Source: Macrostomum lignano (lineage: Eukaryota). Taken from it: DNA of 47,361 nucleotides. The position numbers and the translations under genes were made by a program. Below the pieces are notes generated by a model that saw only the letters and a list, made by a program, of their open reading frames with translations, had not been told where the DNA came from and did not search any database. The DNA lies in the NCBI GenBank assembly GCA_002269645.1, contig NIVC01001250.1, positions 1 through 47,361 of the forward strand, written 5' to 3'. Positions 21,859-34,062 of this stretch are shown in pieces (positions within the stretch are counted from its first letter, which is position 1; the number at the start of each line of letters is the position of its first letter).

Positions 21859-22824
21859 CTAAGAAGCCTTCTCGAAGCTCCCGTCATACGCGCCGCCGTG
21901 GCCACTGCCGGGCATCTGCAGTGGATTCCTCTTCTGCCTGATGACGGCCAGAACCGACTTGACGATGATGACCAGCGCCAGGGCGACCGCCAGCTCCAGA
22001 GTGACTTTGGTCACAGCCGAGGCCGGGCTGTAGCTGGCGCCGACGCCTGTGGCCACGGCCCACAGCAGGGTCAGGTAGGGCCCGAAGAAGAAGCGCAGGT
22101 GGGGTCCAGGATGGACAGGTCGGCGGTGACGTAGGCGGCCAGCAGCGCGAACAGCTGACAGAGGCACAGCAGCGAGCTGCTGGTGACTGGCCAGTCGGCC
22201 AGGTTGATGATGGCGTTGTCGATGTTGATGAAGAGGGCGATCCACGCCCAGCCGGCGTAGAAGCCGCAGGCGTTCTGCTGCAGGCCGATGACCAGCCAGT
22301 AGTGCGGCAGCAGGCCCTCCTGCTGTAGCCGGAGCCTTCCCAGCCACAGCTGGCGGATGGAGATGATCACTCCGACGCTGAGCGACACGGCCAGCGCGAG
22401 CATCACGAAGATCAGGACGATAAGAAAGTACTTGCGGTCAGTTCTGCCGGCCAGCAGGACGAAGGCGGTGTTGAAGACGCTGCTGAGCGAGTGGCAGACC
22501 AGGTAGCCCACGGGCAGCAGGCCAGGCACGCAGCACAGCGGCTGGCCTCGGCTGGTGCTGCGGAACAGCAGGCTCCAGCAGTAAGCCAGCATGCACACCT
22601 GGTACAGGTAGATGAAGCCCCACACACCGAAGGCGTACTCGGGCGGGTTCAGGCCGCTCTGGGTCAGGTTGTTGCGGTTGTCCCACACGCTGCCGCTAGA
22701 GTTGGAGAAGATGCCCAGACTGCGGCCCAGCGGAGAGAAGCTCAGGAAGTTGAAGGCGAAGGTGGACGAGCATGAGGGCTGTGGTCACCGTCATCAGGAC
22801 GATGCGAGAGACCCGACTCGACAT
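21859..22824 (-). pseudogene. TspO/MBR-related membrane protein, paralogue 2, with two frameshifts (pseudogene or assembly error)
   Basis: ATG at 22824 (MSSRVSRIVLMTVTTALMLV), a shift at ~22764, then TFAFNFLS...LNPPEYAFGVWGFIYLYQ...ADLSILDP, a shift in the G4 run at 22101-22104, then LRFFFGPYLTLLWAVATG...EKAS*. Roughly half identical to paralogue 1 by eye. AATAAA at 21811-21806. Confidence 0.85.
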
Positions 22825-23361
22825 GCTCCGGCTGTCCGTTCACAAGGCGAGCTGGAATGAAACCGAGACTGAAAGACCGAAGTCTGAAACACCGAATCAC
22901 GTGAGACCAGCTAACATATAAAGCCCCAGAAAGCACTGTCAACCGAATGGCCTTGAAGAGAAGTTTCGCTCTCCGCTGCGGAGAAGTGCAGAGAAATTGT
23001 GAGTACAATGGCTGAGCACACTCTCTAACGCGCCACGCAGCCTGCGCATGGTTCAATTTGAGCAATGACTGCTCAAGAGTGCTTCTTAGGCTATCTGAGG
23101 CAGCACTAAATAGAGTGCAGCTAAATTACAGCCGACAAACTTCTAAGCGCGTTGTTCACCCTGAACTAAAATGTTCTACTGTATGAGGCGGGATTAACGA
23201 ACGAACCGATCGGCAGGAGTTCACGACAAACTGATAAGACTCGCTGCAACTAATGCGACCCGCAATCGTCAAGAAATGATATTGGTTAGGCCAAAACAGC
23301 TGACCGGACGAAGATTGCAAGCAATAAATAAGTAAACTAAGGAGAAAAACTGTGGATTTAA

Positions 23362-23408
23362 TTTAGCTCGAGCGCTTTCGGCGTGTATTTGCCTTCTTCA
23401 GAGCAAAA
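23362..23408 (-). ncRNA. Penelope-type minimal hammerhead ribozyme motif (type I)
   Basis: Minus strand reads TTTTGCT-CTGAAGA-A-GGC(AAATACAC)GCC-GAAA-GCGC-TC-GAGCTAAA. The CUGANGA/GAAA core is complete, stem II is short and stem III is the palindrome AGCGCU. Stem I needs one bulged G. Confidence 0.6.
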
Positions 23409-23809
23409 TAAGTAAAGAGTCTAGAGTGTGGCGAGTGTACGAGCTATTTGTATATATAAATAGTAAAATACACTATTATATAAACTGTCGTTCACCTTTG
23501 TCTGCAACAACCATCATTGTACACTATGTGACTACAAATACATAGCTATAATTATTGGATTAATATGCCAATTTGCTAAGGCCAAGCCAATTTATATATA
23601 GTTCATATAATTTCTAAAAGGCAGCAAAAAATTCCCGCGGTATTGCTTTTAGAAATGTTTCATTTTTACAATAATTGTACGATATATATTTTAACATTTG
23701 CAAGTATATCCAGAGTATTTCGCTTCTTTGTAATTTTTTAGATAATGTACTTTAGCATCGAGATTTTGTTGTATTGTTTAAAAAATGTTATTTAAGGTTA
23801 GTGCTGTTT

Positions 23810-24600
23810 AGGTCTTACTAAAACACGCCCGCACCGCCCTGCAGCAGCGCTACACATTAAAACAAATCGGACTATAACTGAAGACATTTCAAAATGCATT
23901 TTCTGTTAAGCTTTAATTTTTTATTAAATTTAGTTTTTTTACATTGAAATATAAATTTTGGTGAATAATAAGTGATTTTAATAGTAATATTAATCAAATA
24001 ATATTAGGCAGTCGTTATTTGCACGGTAAATCGTGTAAATATTGCAGGTGTTATTTACTACACGGTAACTGAAAAATTAAATAGTTATCCTTTCAGGGAC
24101 TACTCAATATTTGTCCCTGTATCTTGTATTTTCATAATGAGTTTTAACTAACTTAGATGGAGTTTAGGTTTGATTTATATGTGTTTATAGCTTAGCGTTT
24201 TTTATTAGCTCGTACTCGTATACTATTATTCATGCAAAAGAAACGAACGACAATGCGACTTATTCGCCTTCAAAAGGATAGATTTGTGGTCAAATATAAC
24301 TGGACCATAGCTATAAGCACCACACAGTATATAAAACTAGTGTATATACTAGTCTTTATTTTAGTTACCGTGTAAACAACGACTGTATTACATGTTTTTA
24401 CACGGTACCGTGCAAATAAACGAGTGCCATAATATCAATATAATTTAGTAATGAAAACGAGAATATGAAAACTAATAATATTATTTAAAATAATAACTTA
24501 AGTTATTTTTTGCATTCTTACAACAAACAGTTTTCTCTGCAATCAAATACTGCATTGATAAAAATGTTATAACGTGTAGCGGTTTGGATCAGTGCACCGT
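23810..24600. mobile_element. MITE (same family as 43932-44314) interrupted by a nested MITE; right end eroded
   Basis: Shares ctaaaacacg...cagcg...ggactataactgaagacatttca and aatcaaatactgcattga.aaaaatgttataa.gtgtagcg with 43932-44314. Confidence 0.65.
24007..24428. mobile_element. Nested MITE, probably PIF/Harbinger-type
   Basis: TIR ggcagtcgttatttgcacggta / taccgtgcaaataaacgagtgcc. Subterminal inverted pair acacggtaact / agttaccgtgt. TWA-type flanks (tta / ata). Confidence 0.7.
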
Positions 24601-24749
24601 GCGTGAGGAAGTAGTTCATTGTATCACGCTGGCGCGCGTTAGATGCACGATTTACTGTGCGTCTAATGTAGGTGTCTATGGCAATTTTCTATCTGAGTAA
24701 AGGCAACAAGCGTGCGTCTAACGCGTGCGTGTAATGCACGGAAAGGCTC

Positions 24750-25331
24750 GATCGATTGGAAGTGTCGGGCGCGTCCGCCTCGGGCAATGAAGATTCTGCC
24801 CATTGACTTCAGTGTCGTATTGGAAGCATAGAATGCGTCGTCAGTTAGAATATTGATTCGCCTTGTCGACATGAAATGCCGGTAGAGCGCAGCTCGGATA
24901 CAAATCAACGTGGCTGGAGCAAAGTATTCGCCATTCCTCTTGCGAAGTGAGCCATAGAAGTATCGCAATAGACTGTCGATCTCGCGCGGTGTAGAAGTCG
25001 CCAAATCACGCTGAACTGACGGATGGTTCTCCATGAAGCTCTGCAACTTACCGACATAATATTCGGTAGCCTTTGTCACACTTTTACTAGCAGCGGTGTC
25101 CTCGATTTCGGAAACGAGCTGTTCCAATTCAAGTAGTTCAGCTTCTTCGTCAGGTATCTTCTTGAAAAGTGCCTCCAGAAGATCCTCCTCTTCTCGATCA
25201 ATTGCCGACTCCGGTAGATTATCAGGCTCGTTCAGAATGTCGTCAATCTCATTGGTGGACAAGCCGGAAATCATTTCGTTCGGAAATTTGCTCAGATTCA
25301 GAAGTCTGACTTTAGTTGGTGGCTCAGCCAT
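24750..25331 (-). mobile_element. 3'-truncated Crypton-type tyrosine-recombinase (DUF3504-associated) ORF
   Basis: DSLLRYFYGSLRKRNGEYFAPATLICIRAALYRHF...NILTDDAFYASNTTLK resembles the L..FY...RK.NG..Y...SL...RAA..RH....I..D..F..SN..LK core-binding region of Crypton recombinases and their KCTD1/ZMYM/QRICH1-type derivatives. The catalytic R-H-R-Y region is absent. Confidence 0.75.
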
Positions 25332-28204
25332 ATACGGGTAGTTCTCAAATTAAGGTCATGATGTTTTGGTACAGAAAAAAAAAGTTTTTGAATAAAGTAA
25401 TTATTTTGCAAAAACGATTCTTTCGTCAATTTAATTAAAAAACTGCCGTTAGAACCACAAGAAACCAAATATTTAAGACGAAATCTAGCAATTTGTTATT
25501 TTTCGCAACGGAAAATAAAACGACCAAAAATTGTGAAATAATGCAAGTTTTCTTTTATTTTTTATGAATTAGATACATCTTTTATTCTATGTTTACTATT
25601 TAATAAGTATTATTTCAATAGAAAATGTTATTTTTAAATCAACATTTTGTTTTTTTCGTATAAATTGCTTGTATTTAAAATTATCGCGTAACAAGAAACA
25701 CCCGAAATAATTGATATTGTACCACTCAAGAACTTAATTATTGTACTTAAACACCGAAATATGAAGCTTAAAATATACAAAACTGGTTTAGCTAAAAATT
25801 AGGCTTGCAAAATATGTCTTTTAAAGCATTAAAAGTTTTTTTGAATTAGAATATATATAGTTAACGAGCTAAGAAGCCATTTCTTTTAAAACCTAAAATG
25901 CATGCATCTTTTTTCGAACAGACTTGCGTTTTTTAAAAAAATAATTCAGCAAGCATCTATATTCTGCAACATAGCTTTAATACTATTTTACTATTTTACT
26001 ATACTATTTTCTTATGTAATTAGGCTGCATAACTACTAAAAGAACAGCTTATAAATTTAAATTAAATACTTTGGTCTTGGTAAGTTAATTAGCCTATTAC
26101 AGACGTCTGACTCGGCAGCCACATGGATCACTGCAATTGCTCTGGCGAACCTCTGTAATCGATTCTGGCCCTGCACTAGCCGTCATGCTCGGTATACAAT
26201 TCGTCTCATTTGATAAATTACGTCGATGCCTGCAGAACTAACCACATCCAAAGGACTACTGCACATCTTAGCAATTGTGGCACATATAATGATATGCTGG
26301 TGTTCTGGCAGAGAAACAGGTAAAAGTGCAGCAAATGACATTACATATCCGTCTGAGAGGTGTGCAGTTTACAGTGCTTTAGCCAATTGGGTCAGTAGAA
26401 TTAAATCGATCACATTAGAATAAAAGTAGATGTTCGCTGTACATGTAACAAACCAATAGCAAGACACTATTAGATGTCTTTCCCTTCTACTGATGCTCGT
26501 ACATCAGCTGGCTGTCTCCACAGGCCACAGCTCATCGCATTCTCTGTTAACCGCCGCTTCAGTGCTGTCAGCCGCACTTAACTGTGTCTGGCCTCGGTAT
26601 ATAGAGTCAGTCCCAATGAAAAATCATCATCTAAAACATATCTAAAGCGTAATTGTCAATCGAAGAGTAATATAAAATATAGTATGTCTGTTATGGTACT
26701 GCCATGACTTATCTGTTAAACACTTCAAAAATTCGTGTGGCAGCACTCTGTAGAGATTCCATCTTTCTGTACCATATTTAATATTACATTGCCAGCATCA
26801 ATGGCAATTAAGTTTTTAGAGTTTTAAGTTTTTAGCAATTAAGAAAAAAACTTATCTTTTTTCTTGTTAGTAGCTATATGCATCCAAAGGTGGAAAGTAT
26901 CAACTGAATGTTTAAGTTGCTACATGTATATCTTTAATGAATTGCAGAACATATGAGAATGAATTTAATATTTCAAAGAAATTAATTTTTTGTGCTTCAG
27001 ACAGCTAATTTCATTGATAATAAATCAGATGCAAAATTGTTTTAATACTATTTCTTGACTAATCAAATCATGAAACTTTTTTTATTATTCGTTACTCTTA
27101 TTTTCTTTTCAGTTTCTACTACCTCTTGTTTTGACTCATTATGTTTACTTGTAACTTACAAATTTTAAATCAGTTAAAAAAATTGTGTGAAAACAACAAA
27201 AAACGACTGTTTTTAAAAGAAAAATAGTCAATTTTATCGACATAAATCAAATTCTGTTTGTTCTGACTAACATATTGGGTGATCAATAGCAAAAATTAAT
27301 CTAAATACGAGCGTACATAAAAAAACATCCAAAAAACCTAACAATGTGCTGAGAAAATTTTTTTTCATAACTAGGGACAAAAAGTGGTACTTTTTCTCAT
27401 CCCACAGATGAGGACTTTAAATTAAAATAACTTTGGTGCTACTTGCTTTGTTGTAGTCAGCGAAATCTCTCTTTGTTAGGTTAATTTTGTGCTATTGAAA
27501 AAAAACTTAAAATTGAATTTATTTAACTTTTCTTTTTTAATATAGAATGAAACTGCCTTAATTGATACTTTAGTGTTAGATATGACTATCTTTCTTAAAA
27601 AAACAGCAGAAAACGCAGCTATTAGCTTATTCTATCAACAGAACAAATTAATTAAAAGTGGATTTTTTAATCATTCATAATGTTACGTTTCTAGCAAAAA
27701 TCGAAATAGCAACATCTGCTTTGCAATCGAAAGAGTTAAATGGGTTCTAGGTTGTGCTAACCAAAGTTATAAATAACATTTATCAATTTTCTTCTTTAAT
27801 AAGACCACGTGAACAGAATGTAGCTTCTCTAAAGTGGGTATTATAGCTCGTGCGATAATAAAAATATATATCAAAAAATGAAATAGCGCACTCTGATGAG
27901 ATTAACATCAAAAGTTCAATGTTAAAAAAGATTAAGACCCATGAGAGGCATATATTTTTTAAGTCCTTTTAGAGCTAAAATAAGAAAAGATTCAATATTT
28001 CAGGCTGATTTTCAAAAATATTTGTTTCACTGCTTACGACTAAACTTTGAGAACGACCCATTCTCTCACAAGTGATTTTAATTTAACAGCTTCTTATTCC
28101 CTTCTTCGCAACACTCAATCAACTTGCGTGCCTTTCACGCATTTTTGTCTATGGTTAAGACAAATTAACTGAGCGTGCATCTAACGCGCCATCTAAAGTA
28201 TTAA

Positions 28205-28320
28205 GCCAACGTAATACAATGCAACTCATACATCGATTTTTTGAGTTGATTGCGCGCACTCGTGCATAGACCATTTAAGCACAAAAAATCGATGTATGAG
28301 TTGCATTGTATTACGTTGGC
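28205..28320. repeat. Perfect 39-bp inverted repeat with 38-nt spacer (foldback element)
   Basis: 28205-28243 gccaacgtaatacaatgcaactcatacatcgattttttg is the exact reverse complement of 28282-28320. Confidence 0.95.
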
Positions 28321-29199
28321 GTTTGTATCGTTTGAGGTTGCCTGCCTGTAATTTTACATATACTGATATGATATAGAAGAATTCACTTCTAAATCAATAT
28401 GGTTATGGAATTATCAAATCAACTTTCCCATTTCCCTTAGGCAGCCTAGGTCTAGGTTTATGAGTTTAGCTATAAGGAGGATACGATCATGCAAAAACTC
28501 ATGGACAAAATATTAAATTTAGGGTTATGGTTGTTAGGGTTAGAGTTAGGGTTAGAAGTTTGACAAGAGATTTTTTAAGATTTCAAGGCTACATGTAGCT
28601 TATTAAAAAAATGTGTATTGCATTTCTTTGGCTCCCCAACAGGGGGCGTAGATTGCTAGTTCTAGCTAAAAGGAAGTTTTATTTGTTTTTATACATTTTA
28701 GAACTAGAAGTACAACTAGGCAAGCATAGAATTTTTTCTAGAGTTGAAGATAAACAATTGTAACTATTTGTATGCATTTTTGTCTGAATTAGAATAATTT
28801 CAACAAGCCTAAACAAAATGAATTATATTTTTATCTTTGGTTAAATAATCAAGTCTTATGATTTCTCAAGATTTTCAAGACCTAAACTCTATACCTAAAC
28901 CTAAACTTCTGAACTTGTTAAGATTCAAGATTATTGCCATGCTGACAGCCAGTCAGTTTTTTTCTTTAGCAAAAAAAATCGGACATCTTACAATGTATTT
29001 TAAGTAAAAAGTTCTGTTTGACCTTTGTTTTTTAATGTTTTTTTGAATATTTAATCCCTTTATAATTGGGCAATTTCTTAGCTACAATGCATAGTACCAA
29101 AACCATCATGGAAAAAACTTATTCTTTTTATTGAGTTAGTAAGAAACTAATAAAAAACTAAAAAAAAAGTTTTTTAACATTATCAGTTCTATTCATAAG

Positions 29200-32100
29200 A
29201 ATATCAAATTCACGATGGAAGATAGAAGCAGAAGATTTCCTTTCTAGAAGGCTTTACTAGGTTTATGCTTAGGTATGATGCCTTGTGCCTTAGAAAATGG
29301 AAAGTTAGATTGGTTTGCTATTTTCTTCATTAGGCCTTTTCCATTTGCAGTTCCTAAAGGCTTTTTCACAATGTAGTTAAAATATTTACTAACTTGCTCA
29401 GTTACAATGGCTACCCTAGGAGCTTTGTATTGAAAATTGCTAACTCTTTTCTCAATGATAAATTGACTGACCTACTCAGATGACCTAATGACTTCACCTG
29501 ATAAGATGACCTGATCAGAAACCTACTTAGATGAAAGTTTGTAAGTCTATCTTTGATTGTCTCTTGATCATTTTATCTTTCTTTGGTGTTTGTTTTATTG
29601 AGTTCAAAAAGAAGATTGAAAAGCTGCTCTATAAAGACTTGAATGCTTAAATCTATATCATTTTTTACATTGAAAAGGTTGCTAAGTTTGTCTATAGACT
29701 AGAGGTTGGATGGGATTGAAATCTTTGGGCAGGATCGGGATCAGGAATAATTTTTTTCTCGGGATCAAGATTAGGATTCGAGAATTGGGATCAGGTCTTT
29801 TAGTATATTGTCCATGTAAAGTTAAACAAAATTAAGAAAAGATTGTCAAGATCAAGAAGTAAAACACAACAAAATTATGAAGTTTTGTAACCAACGAAGT
29901 AAATAATGTAACAAGTACAAGTTAAAGCAAAATACTTTCAAGTAATCACTAATTCTATAATTTTTTAATCAAAAGACCTGTTCCCAAATCTAGAGTTTTT
30001 TAGGGTCCGGATTCTGGTCCCACAGGAATTCAATTTTCTTGAGATTTTGGGATTCAGGATTGGGATCCCGTCCGACCTCTACTGTAGACTGAAATCTAGT
30101 GTTCCTCATCCTCTTGTGATAGGTGTTGTATATAAATTTATTTGCTCTGAGGACCAAAGTATCTCCTAGATTGGAAAAACTAAACAACATCTATACATAA
30201 GGGTTAGAGAGCACTGGCTAAAAAACTCTGCTATTAATGAACACCTTTAATGAACACCTGCAACAGTTGTTATGATGCTGACCTACACGAGATAATGAAA
30301 GGTAATGATTTTTGCAATCATACATGCACAATAGTTGGCCAATCTGGCCGACCAATTTGGATATAAGTTGCATTTTTGGCCAAAAACTACGTTGCATTTT
30401 TGTTAAAGCTAAGTTGCATGGCCAACCAAATTTTGGAAGATGTGCATGTATGTTTGCAATAGAGATCTTATGCTCTGCCTATTAAAAGCACTGTATATTA
30501 AAATGAGACAGCCCACATTAAATAAGCCACAACTGCGTGGTGCAGGTTGATCTGCACAATGTTATGATCACTGTTTTATATGAGTATGGTAATATCATCA
30601 TTGGACCTACCCAATGATGATATTACTACATTTATGCAATGGGTAACTTAGATGGCTGCTATAAAAATAACCTAAACATATTTGATTACATTACCATTAA
30701 AAGTTGTGAGACATAAGTGCTGTCCATGGCCTAAAGTATAGTGACTTACTGCCTTTCATTTGGAAAAAAAATATGTTTGTCCACAAACTTTTGGAACAAC
30801 CCTAATTTATTCTTACAACAACAACAAAACAAAGTATTTCACCTGCTAGTCACAAAATATCTAGAAAAGGGGGAGAAGTCAGAGAGTGCATCTCTGGACC
30901 ATAGTCCTAAGAAAGTCACATCCCTAGCTTGGTCCAAGGTGCGAGCATTGGTCAAAAGCCTGTCAAGGTATCTTGCCATTTGCCCTTGGCCTTGCCTACA
31001 CAGTCTCTGCAGATTGAGCAATAGTATTTCATGCGGTGGCTCAGAGCAGCAAGCCTCCAACTGGATGACATGGCTAGCCAGTTGAAGTAGCTGCTCATGC
31101 AGCAGGTTAGAAGGCTACATCAGTTGTGTCCTTATGTAGAGTGTGGCATTGGTCTCATTGCCTAGACCACTGCACACTCCAAATGTTGCACATAGCATAG
31201 ACGCATGCACAGCATGAATGCCATTATATCTTGCAAAATATTATTATGAAAAAGAAGCTTCATAGTGTATATAACCTTTTTTCTTTAATTGAAAAGACCT
31301 TGGCCAAGGAGAGGCCTAAGTGGTTGAACTGAACAATTAAATTGCAAAAAAGCACAAAATAAAACCTTAAAGTTAGCTATCTTTTTCTATATTTTTATGT
31401 GCTGGAGTCTGTCTATGAACACAGTTTGAAAAAGAACAAAATATTTAAGTTGTAAATTCTAGTGCTACATATGCTTTGAGATTTATAAATGGTTTTATTT
31501 GCTAGATTATAACAAGTTCAAGTTTGTGCCAGTGGGTAAGCTATAAAAAATGTAGTGTCAGAGTCATTTCCAGTGTCTGCTTTGGCAAATTAAATATGAT
31601 TAATTATGTTGACAATGCCTTAACGAATCTTAAAAGATCTGACTTACCAATCTTATAATTTCATACATGATCGCGTAAGCATTCATTTGGAGAGTATTAC
31701 CAGATCTTGCAATATATTGCATGAATGAGATAAGATCTTGCACAAATAAATAATGATCTTGCAAGAATTGGTAAGACATTAATGTATTCTTTTACTGCTT
31801 TGTACTAAATAAGCCTTTTGTTGCAGTTTAAATCCAACCTTCATTGGCTTAAATTATCAAGAAATACTTCTATAACTAATTTTTAAACAACCCATAAGGA
31901 TCTTTTCTATATCTATAATCATGTAAATTTATAAATAAATTTAAATATTGCTTTTTGAATGTCAAAATAAATTAATAAGATTGAATAACAACTGCAGTAA
32001 AAAATTGCTATTAAATGAGCCTGTATAAAATATGATGCTACACTGGCAACACCCAAAATGGAATTTAAAGGATTTTTGTGTCAATATATAGATGCAATAA

Positions 32101-34062
32101 ATCCTTGCATTCGTAAGATTTGCTCTTATAAATTATTTGCCATTTGTATTATTTCAGTAATATCATGCCATGGTGCTAATTGTAGTGCAGTATTGCAAGT
32201 GTAGACATTTTACAAACAGATCATAATTACACCATGATATTCCATTGTATAATAGAAAACATAAGTACAACTATGCAATAAATGGCAAAATAAATGGTAT
32301 ATGAAAGATACAGCTAAATAGAAAGCAATTAGATTTTCATAAAAAATTTGTTACAATAAATTGTACATGCTGTCATTATCAATCACAATCACAAGTTCCA
32401 TTTCACCAACTTCGAATCCGGCAAATGATTGAATCTCCCAGTGGGCCACTGACTGAAAAGAACATGCAGTAAGCAAAAAATCTGCAGCGTTTAAGAGACA
32501 AAAGAAATTTTTAACAAGAATAGCAAAACAACTTACATGCAGAATTTAGTTGTGCTCATCCAGTGTCATTACTGAAACAACAAAATCCAGTTTGGTTTTT
32601 GCCAATGGTACCAAGATGCATTTTCATCTTAGATACTTCCAATCAACTTCAACCTGGTTTCCATAGCCATCCCAATGCTAGACTACAAATCTTGAAATTT
32701 GAGCAAGGATATGAAATTGCATCTTGAAATCTGAGTTACAATATGAAATAACCTTTTTTATGGGTGATATCATTAAAAATGGCAAAATAGCATCCAAGTT
32801 TTGAAAATTACATCCTGAAATCTAACCTAGCATACAAAAATGTATCCGACTTTAGGACAAAAAACCTAGTAATTAGCCCAATAGCCTAGGCTAATCATTT
32901 ATTAGAAATAATTCTTTAAGTATCGTTACTTTTTTACATTTTTAATAATTTATATAGTATCTAATCTTAAAAACTTATTATGCATACAAGACTGAAAGAG
33001 TTTTAACTTTCAAAATAGTGATAAACAGAACCCTAGAGGTATACATAGTATTTTAAGAAATAAAAGGCTTGAAGCTGCTAGTGGGCTGGCACTTTCTACT
33101 TGGCCTTAACTAAGCAAAGAAAGGTTAAGTTTAATTAAAATATAGAAATTTTAAATCTAACAAAATATCAACAAACATGGAAAAAAAATTATCTAGAAAT
33201 AAGATTGGCTTGAAAAGGTAAAAAAAATATATTTTATCTTTATTATATCTAATTTTTTCTTGTGATTTAGGACCTTGAATATTGGGATCCTATGATTGTG
33301 ATAACTGATTCTAATGATAAAAAACTCTGAATACAAATATTTTTAACAAAAAATTGTATAAAATATACTAAATTAATTGTAATACCCTCTAAATTTATCA
33401 GCATAGACAGGGGCGGTGGAACAATTTTTCTAGGGGGGCAGAAGCCATTTTTTAAGATTTCAAGGGGTCACAAACCAAATTTTGGCAACTTTTGCATTTT
33501 AATTCAATTTATATGGTGCCCTTAACCCAAATTTTGGGTGGGCATAATGCATCTAGTACCACAAGGCTCCCCTGCTCAAGATATAGAAGGCATTAGGAAG
33601 AAAAATATAGAACAAAAATATAAATCACAAGATTTTTGTATATATAAAATTAAAAAATACAAATTTTAAAAGAGTTTGATTGCTGGATAGTATATATTGA
33701 ACTTTTTGAATATGTTAAAGAAAAAATATTATTAGGCCTAATATGAAATAATTGTATAAGGATGATATTAAAATGTATATTAAAATTTTTCTTAATTTCT
33801 ATCTACTCAAATTATATGGCTTATCTAAAAGGCTAAGTATAGTCAAATAGCTTGGTTTAATACTTACAATAGACCAGCTCAGCTTCTCTTCAGCTGTAAA
33901 TGCAGAAAATTGTTTATCAGAAAGCTTGAAGACTTGGGAAAAACACTTAGTGTTGTTATACCAAAATAGGCAATAAGTAGATTCTAACTTTTGCTACTGG
34001 ATTGTAGTCAAAGGATGCTTCCTAACAATTCGCCTTTCCCTTAGTGTGTCCATCTTTAGAAG
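29200..34062 (-). pseudogene. Decayed multi-exon gene of unknown family
   Basis: AG/GTAAGT-bounded segments 34062-33868 (65 codons, 1 stop) and 32677-32537 (47 codons, 2 stops) join in phase 0 to a segment starting at 32452. Also 31770-31648 (41 open codons), 31114-30843 (90 open codons), and 30165-~29200, whose frame is restored by removing the MITE at 29700-30081. Confidence 0.55.
29700..30081. mobile_element. hAT MITE inserted in a former coding exon
   Basis: TIR tagaggttggatgggat / atcccgtccgacctcta. 8-bp TSD ctatagac / ctgtagac (1 mismatch). Subterminal gggatc repeats. Confidence 0.85.

Noticed and set aside
27888-27945. Second hammerhead-like motif (ctctgatgag-ttaacat/atgttaa-aaaagatt)
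   Set aside because: CUGAUGA and a stem II are present, but G12 of GAAA is missing and stems I/III are broken. At best a dead relic.
28518-28560. Interstitial telomere-like TTAGGG repeats (and ccta[a]ac units at ~28883-28905)
   Set aside because: Only a few degenerate units. More likely transposon subterminal repeats than a telomere fusion.
33408-33574. Possible hAT MITE (caggggcgg ... gctcccctg)
   Set aside because: The TIR match is only ~6 bp and there is no matching 8-bp TSD.
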